A program made the position numbers and the translations under genes. A DNA stretch of 63,734 nucleotides, the filler included. It is 6 parts of 6 records of this genome, joined end to end, with 100 filler letters (N's around TTAATTAATTAA, not from the genome) between each part and the next. Parts side by side here need not be neighbours in the genome. Positions count along the whole stretch, not along the records: positions 1 to 16,705 come from DRR723986_5825; positions 16,806 to 24,577 come from DRR723986_5827; 4 more parts are not named here. One strand, written 5' to 3'. Below are positions 10,801 to 20,130 of this stretch, one piece after another. The first letter of the stretch is position 1. Every line of letters begins with the position of its first letter. The notes beneath the pieces are model-generated. The model saw nothing but the letters and a program-made list of their open reading frames with translations. It had not been told where the DNA came from and did no database searches.

Positions 10801-10964
10801 CCAACCTGAGTGGTGATGAGCTTTTGGACCTCAGTGCTGAGCTAAATTTGAACGGTGGCGAAAGCCAAATTACACGCGATATCAACAGTCTTGGCAGTGG
10901 ATTACTCTTTGTTAGACTGATCTCCGGAACAAATACATTAGCGCGATTGGTCCTGCTTGAATAA
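7890..10964 (+). CDS. SBBP beta-propeller repeat protein with Ig/ASH-like and cohesin-like domains and probable T9SS CTD
   Basis: PLVIDPL..TYWGG linker; repeated STFLGG..D.A..I..D..G..YI.G.T.S.DFP blades; LDFG.V....S...TLTI.N Ig motif; C-terminal ILPN..LGSGLLFVRL; start moved to MTLKTK, which gives a signal peptide. Confidence 0.8.
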   Translation: MTLKTKLINFVLPTALLCLTALIAQPAFGLEPHAEFPVDLALQDDGVQARVFADGMRFHLGRNAGAGPAAFVYMRVGTFTSGPQPVRNVSLQDHQHRPHSASMHVTVPDVLPGVDMLAYVDAGLPRYDFVLEPGANPDEIVLAFSGIDSLQARQTDLALFGGDYVFTHRELFAYQEIGGQRVQVDCGFRDLGSADNEFLLGFELGAYDATLPLVIDPLVDATYWGGGHEDEITDVRRRADGSLIVVGMTRSADFPQTPGSTTANDDNDPDIFVSAFSENGTELLWSRQFGGNAADLASGMDVTPDGRILICGQTSSMDFEVVESTLQTERRGSTDGFVIMLTADGAAIEYATFLGGVSDDTMSDVAWHAQSRSIILCGWSASEDFPVVGVEPYQDELKVGASGTEVRDAVVLRLDHLDDVILYSTFLGGTGSDAAIGIDVDAEGDAYICGWSDSRELREAENANSGERDAFAARFGINGALRYLRFLGGEFDDEAADIRLVDGALAAIVGSTNSPDFERSATALQSELKGGPIFSDGFLTVLGSNGGIEYSTFVGGELNDGLEAVDVREGRFIAMAGATESAEFSFAVEGCSGARGISDVFAAVFDLTGDELLFAGQYGGVQDDRALAAAWRNDTRFFLAGSTESRDFPVGASALQAMMPWDDELKIAENAFVGQMNIEQSQEYRISGSLDFGFVPQDLSKSVTLTIHNLRSSPLTLNISEGDKFGDMQLQWTGEVTIEPCGSYEITVTLTPQSRRRHGIEILITSAESERTFRFQAGSRSQEDSAADVVLRIPRNLTAAPGAEFNVPLLLESANFDLNPDSRPVRMTCAISFNARSFTPVDPAQRGILQDDRHVIFQDLTFGPGEFEPGTVLAEIPMIAGLGDNRETLISIDDVTWFDASTAELTTLAASIEQGLFTTDDLWEFPDGRTRLAQPAEQELFMEILPNVISDGRLRIRALHPQDASLRLIVSNLSGDELLDLSAELNLNGGESQITRDINSLGSGLLFVRLISGTNTLARLVLLE

Positions 10965-10973
10965 ATTTGCCAA

Positions 10974-13088
10974 ATGTGCGACCAAATCCGGCTGATCGTT
11001 TGCAGCCTTGTCTTGTTATTGTTTGCTGAGTCTGCGGTCTTTGGCCAGGCCCAGGTTGAAGATGATTACCGCAGCCCCGAATTGCGACTTGGGGTTGCTG
11101 CCTGGGGTGGAGTAGCCAACTTTGATGCGCCGTCCGTGCCGTTCACCAATATCATTTTACCGCCGGACGCCACAGTCTTTTCATCCGGTGATGCCTTTCA
11201 ATTTGGCGCCAAGGTCGAATATGCCTTTTACCCAAGCCCGGAATACCTGTTTGGTTTGCAGGCCGGTATCGAGTCACAGGACCTTGTCAGCTTCACAGCT
11301 ACTGAGCCGACAACCTTTATCGTTGACCTCAATGAAGTTGACGGCCTTTTGCAGCACAGTCTGGACGTTGAGTTAACAACATTAAGTCTGGGGCCTGTCG
11401 TTGGCTGGCACCTTCCGTTTTTACCCGCTGTACGTGTTTCGGCCGGGCTGGATTTTGCCTGGCCGCTGGTCTCCGACCTGAGCCAGGAAGAAACAATTGT
11501 GTCACCTGACGGCCAGACTTATCCCGGTGGGGAAGAGCGTATCCAGGTGTATGCGGGAGCCTGGGACAGTTTTGCGTCGCCGCGGATAACCGGCAATCTT
11601 GACCTCCAGTTTACTCTTGCCGCTCTGCGCGGCGGCGGCTGGGAGCCCAGAATTATCGCCGGCCTGCAGCAGTCCGTGCGTTCGCTGGACGGCGACGTGG
11701 ACTGGGGAATGCAGTCACTGCGTCTGGGCTTTGCCATGTATCAGGCGGCCGCACCACCACGGCCCGTATTTCGCGATACAACCTATTTACGGGATACCGT
11801 TCAGGTCCTGAGCGACGAGATTGAAGAAGTTCAGATAGTCTTAACCGGCAGCGCCAGTGCCGAACAAATCCAGGAATTGCCCGATGCCATTTATCGCACA
11901 TTAATTGTGCGCGAGCGTTATCAGCGCTCGGTGCCCGAGGAGCGCAGCCTGCTGCTCGTGGGCATGCAGGTGCGTTTTGTGCAGGGCAACGGCACCGAAT
12001 CAGAGAATGTTAAGATTGAACTCGAAGAATTTATCGCTCTGGAGCGTTTTCCGCTCCTGCCTTATATCTTTTTCGAACAGGGTTCTTCCGCCATTGACGC
12101 GCGCTACGGCCCTGCCGGCGCGGCCCGTCAGGGTAACCTGCGTCACTATTGGGCGATCATTGACAGCGTTGCGCAGCGCCTGCAGCGCAATCCGCAGGCG
12201 CGCCTGCAGTTGCGTGCTACCGCGCTGGCAGCCGATGAGTCACCGGAGCTGGCCACCGCGCGCGCACAGAGTGTGCGCGAAGCGATTATGCAGCGTGCGG
12301 GAATAGACACTGCGCGCTTTGATATATCAATCGATTACCCGGCAGTCGGGATCGAAGGCCGGCCCGAGTTGATGGACGAGCTGCGCCGCGTGGAACTCAG
12401 CAGCGCCGAGCGCAGTATCCTGCAGCCCGCGCGCATCAGCATTGTCATGCGGCGCGCCGATCCGCCAATGCTGCGTTTTTATCCGGAAGTATTTGCCGAA
12501 GCCGGCATCCGCGATTGGCGCCTGGAGATTATGCATCGCGATCAGGTGGCGACTGAAAAGCGCGGCAGCGGCGAGCCACCAGTCTCAATCGACTGGGACT
12601 TGCAGGAAACGCAGGCGGCACTCGGCCTGGCAATTGATGAATTGCGGCTGGATCATCGCCTGACAGTCGTGGATCTCGACGGTCGAGAGCGCTCGACAGA
12701 GCGCGGTTCGATAGATTTTCGTCGCAGCACACCCGAGACTTTGATTGACACTCTGGAAGAGCGCTACATGCTGGCCTGGTTTGGTCACGATGAAGCCGAC
12801 CTTTTGGCGCACCACAGGAACGAATTGAATAATATTAGAGCCGCAGCCGGCAAGGTAGACTCAGGCGAAATCACCGTCTATGGTGCTACCGACAGCACGG
12901 GCAGCCGCGACTACAACACGCGTCTATCGGCACGTCGCGCCCGCGGCGCCATCGATGTTCTGGGTGCTGCCGCGCGGATGGCGGCCGAGTCGGAATCTGG
13001 TGCACTCGTGATTTATGATAATCGCCTGCCGGAAGGTCGCATGTATAATCGCCGTGTTGAAGTCATCCTGCAGCGGAATAAACCCTGA
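10974..13088 (+). CDS. OmpA-family outer-membrane protein (N-terminal barrel plus two OmpA-like domains)
   Basis: Signal peptide; YIFFEQGSS..ARAQSVR first domain; GATDSTGSRDYNTRLSARRA..GRMYNRRVEV canonical peptidoglycan-binding motif. Confidence 0.8.
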   Translation: MCDQIRLIVCSLVLLLFAESAVFGQAQVEDDYRSPELRLGVAAWGGVANFDAPSVPFTNIILPPDATVFSSGDAFQFGAKVEYAFYPSPEYLFGLQAGIESQDLVSFTATEPTTFIVDLNEVDGLLQHSLDVELTTLSLGPVVGWHLPFLPAVRVSAGLDFAWPLVSDLSQEETIVSPDGQTYPGGEERIQVYAGAWDSFASPRITGNLDLQFTLAALRGGGWEPRIIAGLQQSVRSLDGDVDWGMQSLRLGFAMYQAAAPPRPVFRDTTYLRDTVQVLSDEIEEVQIVLTGSASAEQIQELPDAIYRTLIVRERYQRSVPEERSLLLVGMQVRFVQGNGTESENVKIELEEFIALERFPLLPYIFFEQGSSAIDARYGPAGAARQGNLRHYWAIIDSVAQRLQRNPQARLQLRATALAADESPELATARAQSVREAIMQRAGIDTARFDISIDYPAVGIEGRPELMDELRRVELSSAERSILQPARISIVMRRADPPMLRFYPEVFAEAGIRDWRLEIMHRDQVATEKRGSGEPPVSIDWDLQETQAALGLAIDELRLDHRLTVVDLDGRERSTERGSIDFRRSTPETLIDTLEERYMLAWFGHDEADLLAHHRNELNNIRAAAGKVDSGEITVYGATDSTGSRDYNTRLSARRARGAIDVLGAAARMAAESESGALVIYDNRLPEGRMYNRRVEVILQRNKP

Positions 13089-13179
13089 GCGTCTGTAGGC
13101 GCAAAGCCTTGGCAAATCACCATCGAAGCGTTTGCCTCTGATCTCTGGCGGAACGCAAATCTTGATCGCCAGGTCTTTA

Positions 13180-13219
13180 AAAAGACCGAGGCCATTACCT
13201 CAAAAGATAATGGCCTCGG
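13180..13219 (-). terminator. Terminator between convergent ompA-like and anti-sigma genes
   Basis: CCGAGGCCATTA-N10-TAATGGCCTCGG 12-bp stem with an A-run on its left (U-tract on the minus strand). Confidence 0.7.
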
Positions 13220-13257
13220 ATTAGCGCGTTAAGTACTCCCACTTTCAGTCAATTCTT

Positions 13258-14265
13258 TTAGTCCTGCAATTGCTCCAGCGCTTTTTCATAGGACTTCGTA
13301 TCACGGCCCAATTCGCGCAGCGTATTAATGCTCTCACGCACGGTTTGCATTGTCGCGTCGCGATCCGTTGCGGCGTTCAGCAGGGCAAGATCGGCCCGGC
13401 TTTGAGCTTCCAGGGCGCGCAGTCCCTGTGTGGCAGCCAGGTCGCCGGCATGTTTGTACTGTTCGGCTGCTGCGGCACGGTCGCCAAGCTTGGCGTAGAC
13501 ATCTGCCAGGCGGTGTGCGGTGCTGGCTTCCAGCGCTGCATTGCCCTGCGCATGATGCTCACGCATCTTCAGTTGCAGGGATTCTACGGCTTCGCGCAAT
13601 TGTTGTTCCAGGGGTGAGGTTGGGCTGGCATTGCCGTCGATTGTTCCAGAGCTGCGTCCGGAGGGCTGTGTTGCATTCGCGGATTGCGGCTCATCGGCTT
13701 TTGGCTCGGGAGCTGAATTGTCGTTAACCGGTGGTTGACTCAATTCATTCTGCTGCTCGGGGCCGGGCCAGTAACCATCAATGGTTTGACGGCCGGTGGC
13801 TTCGTCAGTGCCGCTGTGGGCTTCAAACTGACGCAATTCCGGTTCTGGTGGATTATCCAGCTCAAGGGTCAAATCTGTTTCAAATTCAGGTGTCAGCTCA
13901 ATGGTGTTCGGCTGTTCGGCCGCTCCAGTCATGTTCGCATCACCGCTGGTGCCAATCCAGATCAGCGCGGCTGCGGCTACCAGCAGGACTGCTCCGCCGC
14001 CGTACCACAGGGTCTTTGACGACCCTGCTGCGGCTGGTTTGACGTATTCGGCGCGAATTGAATTCAGGACGTCGGCACGAATCTCACTGCTACCGGCATG
14101 TGTGATGTCCGCACGCTCGGTCAGCAAATTCTCGACCTGCTGCAGCTCACGGACTTCCTCCGCAAGACTTTCGTCCTGCGACATCAGTGTCTCCAGGCGG
14201 CGGCGATCCGCTGCGTTGAGCGTGCCGTCCAGCAGTTGTACGAGTAGTTCTTCGCTCTGGCTCAT
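13258..14265 (-). CDS. Transmembrane anti-sigma factor with C-terminal TPR-like helices
   Basis: N-terminal LLDGTLNAADRRRLETLM anti-sigma helix bundle; single TM (GGAVLLVAAAALIWIG); ATGA overlap with the sigma gene. Confidence 0.7.
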   Translation of the reverse strand: MSQSEELLVQLLDGTLNAADRRRLETLMSQDESLAEEVRELQQVENLLTERADITHAGSSEIRADVLNSIRAEYVKPAAAGSSKTLWYGGGAVLLVAAAALIWIGTSGDANMTGAAEQPNTIELTPEFETDLTLELDNPPEPELRQFEAHSGTDEATGRQTIDGYWPGPEQQNELSQPPVNDNSAPEPKADEPQSANATQPSGRSSGTIDGNASPTSPLEQQLREAVESLQLKMREHHAQGNAALEASTAHRLADVYAKLGDRAAAAEQYKHAGDLAATQGLRALEAQSRADLALLNAATDRDATMQTVRESINTLRELGRDTKSYEKALEQLQD

Positions 14266-14828
14266 GTTGTTTCTTGCATATAAGGTTGCAATGTTTTGCG
14301 GAGAAGCTTTTTGGCCCGAAAGATGCGCACCTTAACCAATGAGAGGCTGATGTTCATCATTTCGGCAATCTCTTCATAAGAGAAGCCACTGAGGTACTTG
14401 TATTCAATCGGCAGCCGGAACTCTTCCGGCAAATTTTTAATAGCCTGATCGAACGCTTCCCGCAGCAAAAAATCATCTCCGGTTTTGTCGGCCGGGTTTG
14501 GGATCGACTCGGCCATCTCATCAACGGGAGTTGTATGCGCGCTAGAGCGTTTGGCCTTTAAGCAAAAATTACGGGCGATTGTGAATATCCACGCAGCAAA
14601 ATTGCCACCACGATACGATGCGCGGCTTCTGTAAGCCGTCATCATCGTTGTCTGGTACGCGTCTTCCGCAGCCTCACGATCTTTCAGAACCGTCAGACAG
14701 TACGCAAATATTCGCCTGTCATACCGCCGGTAAATCTCTTCGAAGGCTTGCTCGTTGTCATCCCGCACCATGGCAAAGACGTCATCGTCCGCGAGCGCTT
14801 CAAGTGATTTGCGATTGTCCATACGCAT
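14262..14828 (-). CDS. ECF RNA polymerase sigma-70 factor
   Basis: AFEEIYRRY, AAEDAYQ, FAAWIFTIARN (region 2); SYEEIAEMM..VKVRIFRAK (region 4). Confidence 0.95.
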   Translation of the reverse strand: MRMDNRKSLEALADDDVFAMVRDDNEQAFEEIYRRYDRRIFAYCLTVLKDREAAEDAYQTTMMTAYRSRASYRGGNFAAWIFTIARNFCLKAKRSSAHTTPVDEMAESIPNPADKTGDDFLLREAFDQAIKNLPEEFRLPIEYKYLSGFSYEEIAEMMNISLSLVKVRIFRAKKLLRKTLQPYMQETT

Positions 14829-15530
14829 TCGATCGAAACAATCCTGACTTCAGTAGAATGTTACACTACACCGCAATATAGGGCTGCAGCGCAATTTTCG
14901 TAAAACAACATCAACACAAGTCCTGTCGATTTGTGTCGCTCCTCTTACGCAATCCAAGGCGTACAATATGAGGAAATCACGCGGACGAAACACCCCGTTA
15001 CAGCGTTTAACATTTTTTTTCAAAAAGGCGGTAACTATTCCGGCGCCCCTGGATTGCTTCGTTCACAGGCCAGGATGCGGTCAACTGACCAACACAAAAG
15101 CCAAACAAGAAACAATGCCGATTCTCCAGCAGTTTTCGCCCAAATGTTTAACATATGCACACTCGCAGTCTCTGCCTGCGCAGCTGTTAAACGCAGGTAT
15201 TGTTTCCAGGCCTAGATCCTGGCACTTAAACACATTTGCCGGCATTCAAACAGGGCCCGTACAGCCGTCAAACCGGCAGATGTTCCCCAAAAGATTTCTC
15301 ACAAACACTCATAACCCGGAACAGACCAGACCCACCAGTCTTTGGCATGCAGCATTTGGACCCGGAAGCCTTATGCCTGTATCCAAAACAGGTCAACGCT
15401 ATGGAAGGTCACAACAAGGACAACCATGGAGATGAAGGGGATAGTGACGAGGCCGCACAGGACTGAGGCGGAACTCAATCCCTGATTGTATACGGCACTC
15501 AACGCTATCACCTAATCCACCACTGGACAG

Positions 15531-15571
15531 ACACGCCGCGTATCATGCTTGATGCGCGGCGTGTTAATTTT
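15531..15571 (+). terminator. Strong hairpin, terminator-like
   Basis: ACACGCCGCGTATCA-TGCT-TGATGCGCGGCGTGT 15-bp stem followed by TAATTTT. Confidence 0.55.
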
Positions 15572-15725
15572 AAAGCACTGGCACCCGAATTCCGCTCTAC
15601 ACTCTTGATTTAATTCATGCGTTACTGTGCCCTGCGCCCGTCATCTGCGCTGTCATAGCGCCCGCAGCATGCGGTTTTGGCGGCCGGCAGGTTCTCCAAT
15701 CGCACATCTATCTTTTGACGCAATC

Positions 15726-16589
15726 GTGAATCAAGACCCAGCTGTAAACGACATTACATCATATTTGCGCGCCTCAATCGACAAAATCGACTTTGTCGTT
15801 TGGGGCCTCGTCGTTGTATTCTTCCAGGTCTCTGCATTCGTGAATGGTGGCGACGGCCCAATGTCGCTCCTGGCAGCGCTTGGAATAATTGCTGCCATGC
15901 TCATGATTAGTGTTTCGATTGAAGTCCTGATCGGTACGATGCGTAACATGCCCGGCATGGGCACACTGATTGGTTTTGTTACCAACGGTCCCGAAGCGCT
16001 CGTCCTTATTATCGGCCTGCTCAACAGCGACATCATTTTTGCCTCATCTACGCCATTGGGCTCCAACCCAATGAATGTAATCCTGTTTTTCCTGGCCACG
16101 GTACTTACCGGCACAGTCGCGCTGGTGTGGTTACGCCGCATTGTTTATCGTTTTTTCGTTTTTATCGTCACTATCGCCATCGCGCTCAGTTTTTACTTAA
16201 TCGAACCGGCCATGTACATTTATTGGGTACTGGGTGTGGTCGCGGTCTCCGGAATTATTTTTGCCACGCGTCCGGCCGAGGATATCCCCGAGGAAGAAAT
16301 TGCTCTCAGCCGCGTTTGGATGCTCCCGGCTTTTGTCCTTCTGGTGGCTTCCGGTGTACTTCTCGACTTTGTCGTCACCTTTGCTTCTGACGTCTCACTG
16401 GCTCCCAAGGGCATCATCGGATTTATTGTGCTTTCGGTAATGACGTCCTGGCCCGAATTCAAATCGACGACTTCACTTCTGCGTAAAAAGCTCTACATGG
16501 CGGCCTTCCTGAATATTTTGGTTAGCAACATCACCAACCTGTGGCTCGCCTGCACGGGTGTACTGATTTACTGGCTGCTGACGCAGTAA
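15726..16589 (+). CDS. Sodium/calcium exchanger (CaCA) family membrane protein; GTG start uncertain
   Basis: About 10 hydrophobic segments with two alpha-repeats: VTNGPE..GSN and MTSWPE..VSNITN. Confidence 0.8.
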   Translation: MNQDPAVNDITSYLRASIDKIDFVVWGLVVVFFQVSAFVNGGDGPMSLLAALGIIAAMLMISVSIEVLIGTMRNMPGMGTLIGFVTNGPEALVLIIGLLNSDIIFASSTPLGSNPMNVILFFLATVLTGTVALVWLRRIVYRFFVFIVTIAIALSFYLIEPAMYIYWVLGVVAVSGIIFATRPAEDIPEEEIALSRVWMLPAFVLLVASGVLLDFVVTFASDVSLAPKGIIGFIVLSVMTSWPEFKSTTSLLRKKLYMAAFLNILVSNITNLWLACTGVLIYWLLTQ

Positions 16590-16652
16590 TTGTTTGTGCG
16601 TGTTTTACCGGTCTTCTGGTTCAAAAAACTTGTGATTTGTTGTGCTCTCTAA

Positions 16653-16705
16653 GATCGCTTTGAGTCCTCTCACTCCGTTCGGTCCTCAGGCTTTTTGATT
16701 TTTTT
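16653..16705. repeat. Intergenic hairpin repeat, copy 3, truncated by the contig end; may also act as the antiporter terminator
   Basis: GATCGCTTTGAG-N20-CTCAGGCTTTTTGATTTTTTT, inverted relative to copy 2. Confidence 0.7.
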
Positions 16706-16805
16706 NNNNNNNNNNNNNNNNNNNNNNNNNNNNNNNNNNNNNNNNNNNNTTAATTAATTAANNNNNNNNNNNNNNNNNNNNNNNNNNNNNNNNNNNNNNN
16801 NNNNN
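16706..16805. other. Artificial contig linker
   Basis: N44-TTAATTAATTAA-N44 (stop codons in all six frames). Confidence 0.99.
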
Positions 16806-17343
16806 GCGTGCCGTCGCGGTCCATGCTGGTGAGCAAAATTTCACCCGCCCCCAAGCTGGCAGCTTGAACGGCATAGTCAACCGCATCAATGCCGGTTGGA
16901 GTGCGCCCGCCGTGGGTGAAAACCTCCCACTTACCCGGCGAAACCTGTTTTGCATCAACGGCAACCACAATGCACTGAGAGCCAAACTTCTCTGCCATTT
17001 GGCGGATAATATCAGGGTTTTTCACCGCCGCCGTCATGACCGAAACCTTGTCTGCCCCGGCCAGCAACAGCTTGCGCACATCCTCAGAGCCGCGCACGCC
17101 GCCGCCAACAGTAAGCGGCATGAAGCATTGTTCTGCCGTGCGGTTCACCACGTCATATAATATGTCTCTCTGGTCCGAGCTTGCGGTGATATCAAGGAAT
17201 GTCAGTTCGTCTGCCCCGGCGGCATCATACACCCGGGCCTGTTCGACAGGGTCACCAGCATCAATCAGGTCAACAAAGTTAACGCCTTTGACAACTCGGC
17301 CGTCTTTCACATCGAGGCACGGTATGATGCGGGACTTCAGCAA
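16806..17343 (-). CDS. hisF: Imidazole glycerol phosphate synthase cyclase subunit (3' truncated)
   Basis: [34 protein letters not shown]. Confidence 0.97.
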
Positions 17344-18071
17344 CCGCTCTCTCCCGCTGCGATGGCTAGTGCAGCCTTCAGGTCCATGCCGCCATCATAT
17401 ATGGCCCGGCCGGTGATCACACCCTCAAGGTTGCCAGCAGTGGCCACGCGCTCAACATCGCTTAGGTCTTTCACGCCGCCAGAAGCAATAACCGGGATAG
17501 AAACGGCTGCCGCTAGCTCGGAAGACGCTTCCGCGTTCACACCGCTAAGGGTGCCATCGCGGTCAATGTCGGTGTGGATAATGGCTGCCACGCCTGCATC
17601 TTCAAATTTTTTGGCAAGCTCTACAACGCCTAACTCGCTGGCTTCTGCCCACCCTTCAACCGCGACTTTGCCGCCCAGCGCATCAATGCCGACAGCTATT
17701 TTTCCAGGAAATAGTTTGCATGCCTCTTTCACCAACGCGGGGTTTTTAACCGCCAGCGTGCCAAGAATCAGTCTGCTAAGGCCCTTCTCCAACCACTGTT
17801 CCATGGTTGCTATGTCGCGGATACCGCCGCCCAGCTGCACAGGTACATCGACGGCGCCCAAGATGGCGTCTACAGCGGCGCCGTTGACAGGTTCACCTGC
17901 AAAGGCACCGTTTAAGTCTACGATATGGAGCCACTTGCAGCCCGCGTCCACAAAAGCTTTTGCCTGTGCCGCCGGATTATCACTGAAAACAGTGGCCGCT
18001 TCCATGTCACCTTTAAACAGGCGCACGCAGTTGCCGTCTTTCAAATCAATCGCCGGATACAATGTAATCAT
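17337..18071 (-). CDS. hisA: ProFAR isomerase
   Basis: [33 protein letters not shown]; operon position. Confidence 0.97.
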   Translation of the reverse strand: MITLYPAIDLKDGNCVRLFKGDMEAATVFSDNPAAQAKAFVDAGCKWLHIVDLNGAFAGEPVNGAAVDAILGAVDVPVQLGGGIRDIATMEQWLEKGLSRLILGTLAVKNPALVKEACKLFPGKIAVGIDALGGKVAVEGWAEASELGVVELAKKFEDAGVAAIIHTDIDRDGTLSGVNAEASSELAAAVSIPVIASGGVKDLSDVERVATAGNLEGVITGRAIYDGGMDLKAALAIAAGESGC

Positions 18072-18724
18072 GGCCGCCACTCCAGAAAGGCTGCTATTAG
18101 GTTGAGGCCAACGGTTTGGCTTTTTTCAGGGTGAAACTGCGTCCCAATCATATTGTCTCGCCCCACAATGGCGGTTACCGGGTTGCCGTAATGGGCAAAC
18201 CCAAGGAGAGCTGGCGTGTCCGCCAGCGCCATGTGGTAACTATGCACAAAATAAGCATGATCTTCAGTCTTCAGAATGCCGGTGACCGGGTGCTTACATC
18301 CAGCTTCAGACAGCTCAATAGTATTCCATCCCATGTGGGGAACTTTAAGCGCGGGGTCGTTGGGTACAAGGGGCTTTACCGCACCGTCAACCCAGCCAAG
18401 GCCGTCGTGGGTACCATGTTCAAAGCCTTGTTTCGCCATCAGGTGCATGCCAACGCATATGCCAAAGAAAGGCTTACCGCGCTCAAGGACAGTTTCTGTT
18501 AGCGCACCCACCATACCGTCGACAGCGCGCAGGCCCTGAATGCAATCACCGAAAGCGCCAACACCGGGCAACACAATGCGGTCAGCACGGCGAATAGCAT
18601 CAGCGTCACTGGTGACGATCACCCTTAAGTCTAGCCCCGCATCTGCTGCCGCGCGTGCAAAAGCTTTCTCGGCGGATCGAAGGTTGCCAGAGCCATAGTC
18701 AACGATGGCGACAGTTTCACTCAT
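18068..18724 (-). CDS. hisH: IGP synthase glutamine amidotransferase subunit
   Basis: [29 protein letters not shown]. Confidence 0.97.
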   Translation of the reverse strand: MSETVAIVDYGSGNLRSAEKAFARAAADAGLDLRVIVTSDADAIRRADRIVLPGVGAFGDCIQGLRAVDGMVGALTETVLERGKPFFGICVGMHLMAKQGFEHGTHDGLGWVDGAVKPLVPNDPALKVPHMGWNTIELSEAGCKHPVTGILKTEDHAYFVHSYHMALADTPALLGFAHYGNPVTAIVGRDNMIGTQFHPEKSQTVGLNLIAAFLEWRP

Positions 18725-18742
18725 CAACGTCTCCTGACGAGA

Positions 18743-19342
18743 TTACAGGCTGCCGCCAAGCGTGCCTTTGGTGGAAGGAACAGCATCCGCTTTGCGCGGG
18801 TCTATTGTTGTGGCGTCTCGCAGCGCGCGGGCTGTGGCCTTGAAGCAGCTCTCAATAATATGGTGGCTGTTAACACCGTATATATTTTCCACATGCAGGG
18901 TCATGCCCGCAGCGAAGGCGAAGGCGCGGAAGAACTCTTCAAACAGTTCCGTATCCATCTCGCCAATTTTTTCCCGGGGGAATTTCACGTTCCAAACAAG
19001 AAAAGGTCGCCCTGATATATCCATTGCCGCACGCGACAGGGTTTCGTCCATGGGAATATAGGCGGAGGCATAGCGGGTGATGCCCTTCAGCTCGCCCAGC
19101 GCTTTTTTAACTGCCAGCCCGATAACAATGCCGCAATCTTCTGTGGTGTGGTGGCCATCAATGTGCAAATCACCTTTGGCGCGCACTTTCAGGTCCATCA
19201 ATGAATGGCGCGAAAGCTGCTCAAGCATATGATCGAGAAAACCAATACCGGTTTCAACGTCATATTGGCCCGAACCGTCGATGTTTAGCTCGACAGAAAT
19301 TTCGGTTTCCTTGGTCTTTCGTTCCATAGTTGCGGTGCGCAT
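18743..19342 (-). CDS. hisB: Imidazoleglycerol-phosphate dehydratase
   Basis: [33 protein letters not shown]. Confidence 0.97.
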   Translation of the reverse strand: MRTATMERKTKETEISVELNIDGSGQYDVETGIGFLDHMLEQLSRHSLMDLKVRAKGDLHIDGHHTTEDCGIVIGLAVKKALGELKGITRYASAYIPMDETLSRAAMDISGRPFLVWNVKFPREKIGEMDTELFEEFFRAFAFAAGMTLHVENIYGVNSHHIIESCFKATARALRDATTIDPRKADAVPSTKGTLGGSL

Positions 19343-19556
19343 ATCACTTGCTCCTGAAGGCGGTCATTATCGCCAATCCTATTCTTGCTCCTGCTAATAC
19401 GCAGTTTTTGAGGTGTCTGCGAGCCTTTTCTTGATGATTTTCCATGAAATAAACGTGAAAAGGCACCAATTATGATGGCTGGCTTGCAACAACCCTCGTC
19501 AGTCCATATATGCAACTGTCTACGGTTTGCGTAAAAATATTTAGAAAGTATCTACC

Positions 19557-20114
19557 ATGACAACCATATGTAGCGTTCGCAAAGGGTCAGACGTTGTTAT
19601 TGCTGGCGACGGTCAAGTGTCGGCAGGCGACACCGTGATGAAAACCAACGCGCGCAAAGTGCGGCATTTGGCTGGCGGTAAAGTTATTGCAGGCTTTGCC
19701 GGGGCAACAGCGGATGCTTTTACCTTGTTTGAGCGCCTTGAGGCCAAGCTTGAGCGACACCCTGGGCAACTGGCACGCGCCTGCGTTGAGTTGGCTAAAG
19801 ACTGGCGCACTGACAAATACCTGAAACAACTGCAGGCCATGCTAATTGTTGTGGATAAGGAAACCAGTTTGGTTGTTACCGGCAACGGCGATGTGATTGA
19901 GCCTGAGCACGGCGTTGTTGCTATTGGGTCGGGCGGTAATTTTGCCTTGGCTGCTGCGCGCGCGCTTTATGACCTGGACTTAAGCGCCGAAGAAATTGCC
20001 CGTAAGGCAATGGCGATTGCGTCAGATATCTGCGTCTACACCAATGGCACGGTTGTGCTTGAGACAATGAGCGCAGACGGTCCCGCCGATAAAAACGCCG
20101 TTAAAGACGTATAG
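19557..20114 (+). CDS. hslV: ATP-dependent protease peptidase subunit
   Basis: N-terminal TTI nucleophile; [23 protein letters not shown]. Confidence 0.97.
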   Translation: MTTICSVRKGSDVVIAGDGQVSAGDTVMKTNARKVRHLAGGKVIAGFAGATADAFTLFERLEAKLERHPGQLARACVELAKDWRTDKYLKQLQAMLIVVDKETSLVVTGNGDVIEPEHGVVAIGSGGNFALAAARALYDLDLSAEEIARKAMAIASDICVYTNGTVVLETMSADGPADKNAVKDV

Positions 20115-20130
20115 TTAGGAGTATCTACAC

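Noticed and set aside
14968-15435. 155-aa ORF as a real gene
   Set aside because: No RBS or motif, atypical composition, and it overlaps probable promoter sequence
16750-16761. TTAATTAATTAA recurring five times, and ORFs ending in X..LIN
   Set aside because: Synthetic linker inside N-runs; not biological
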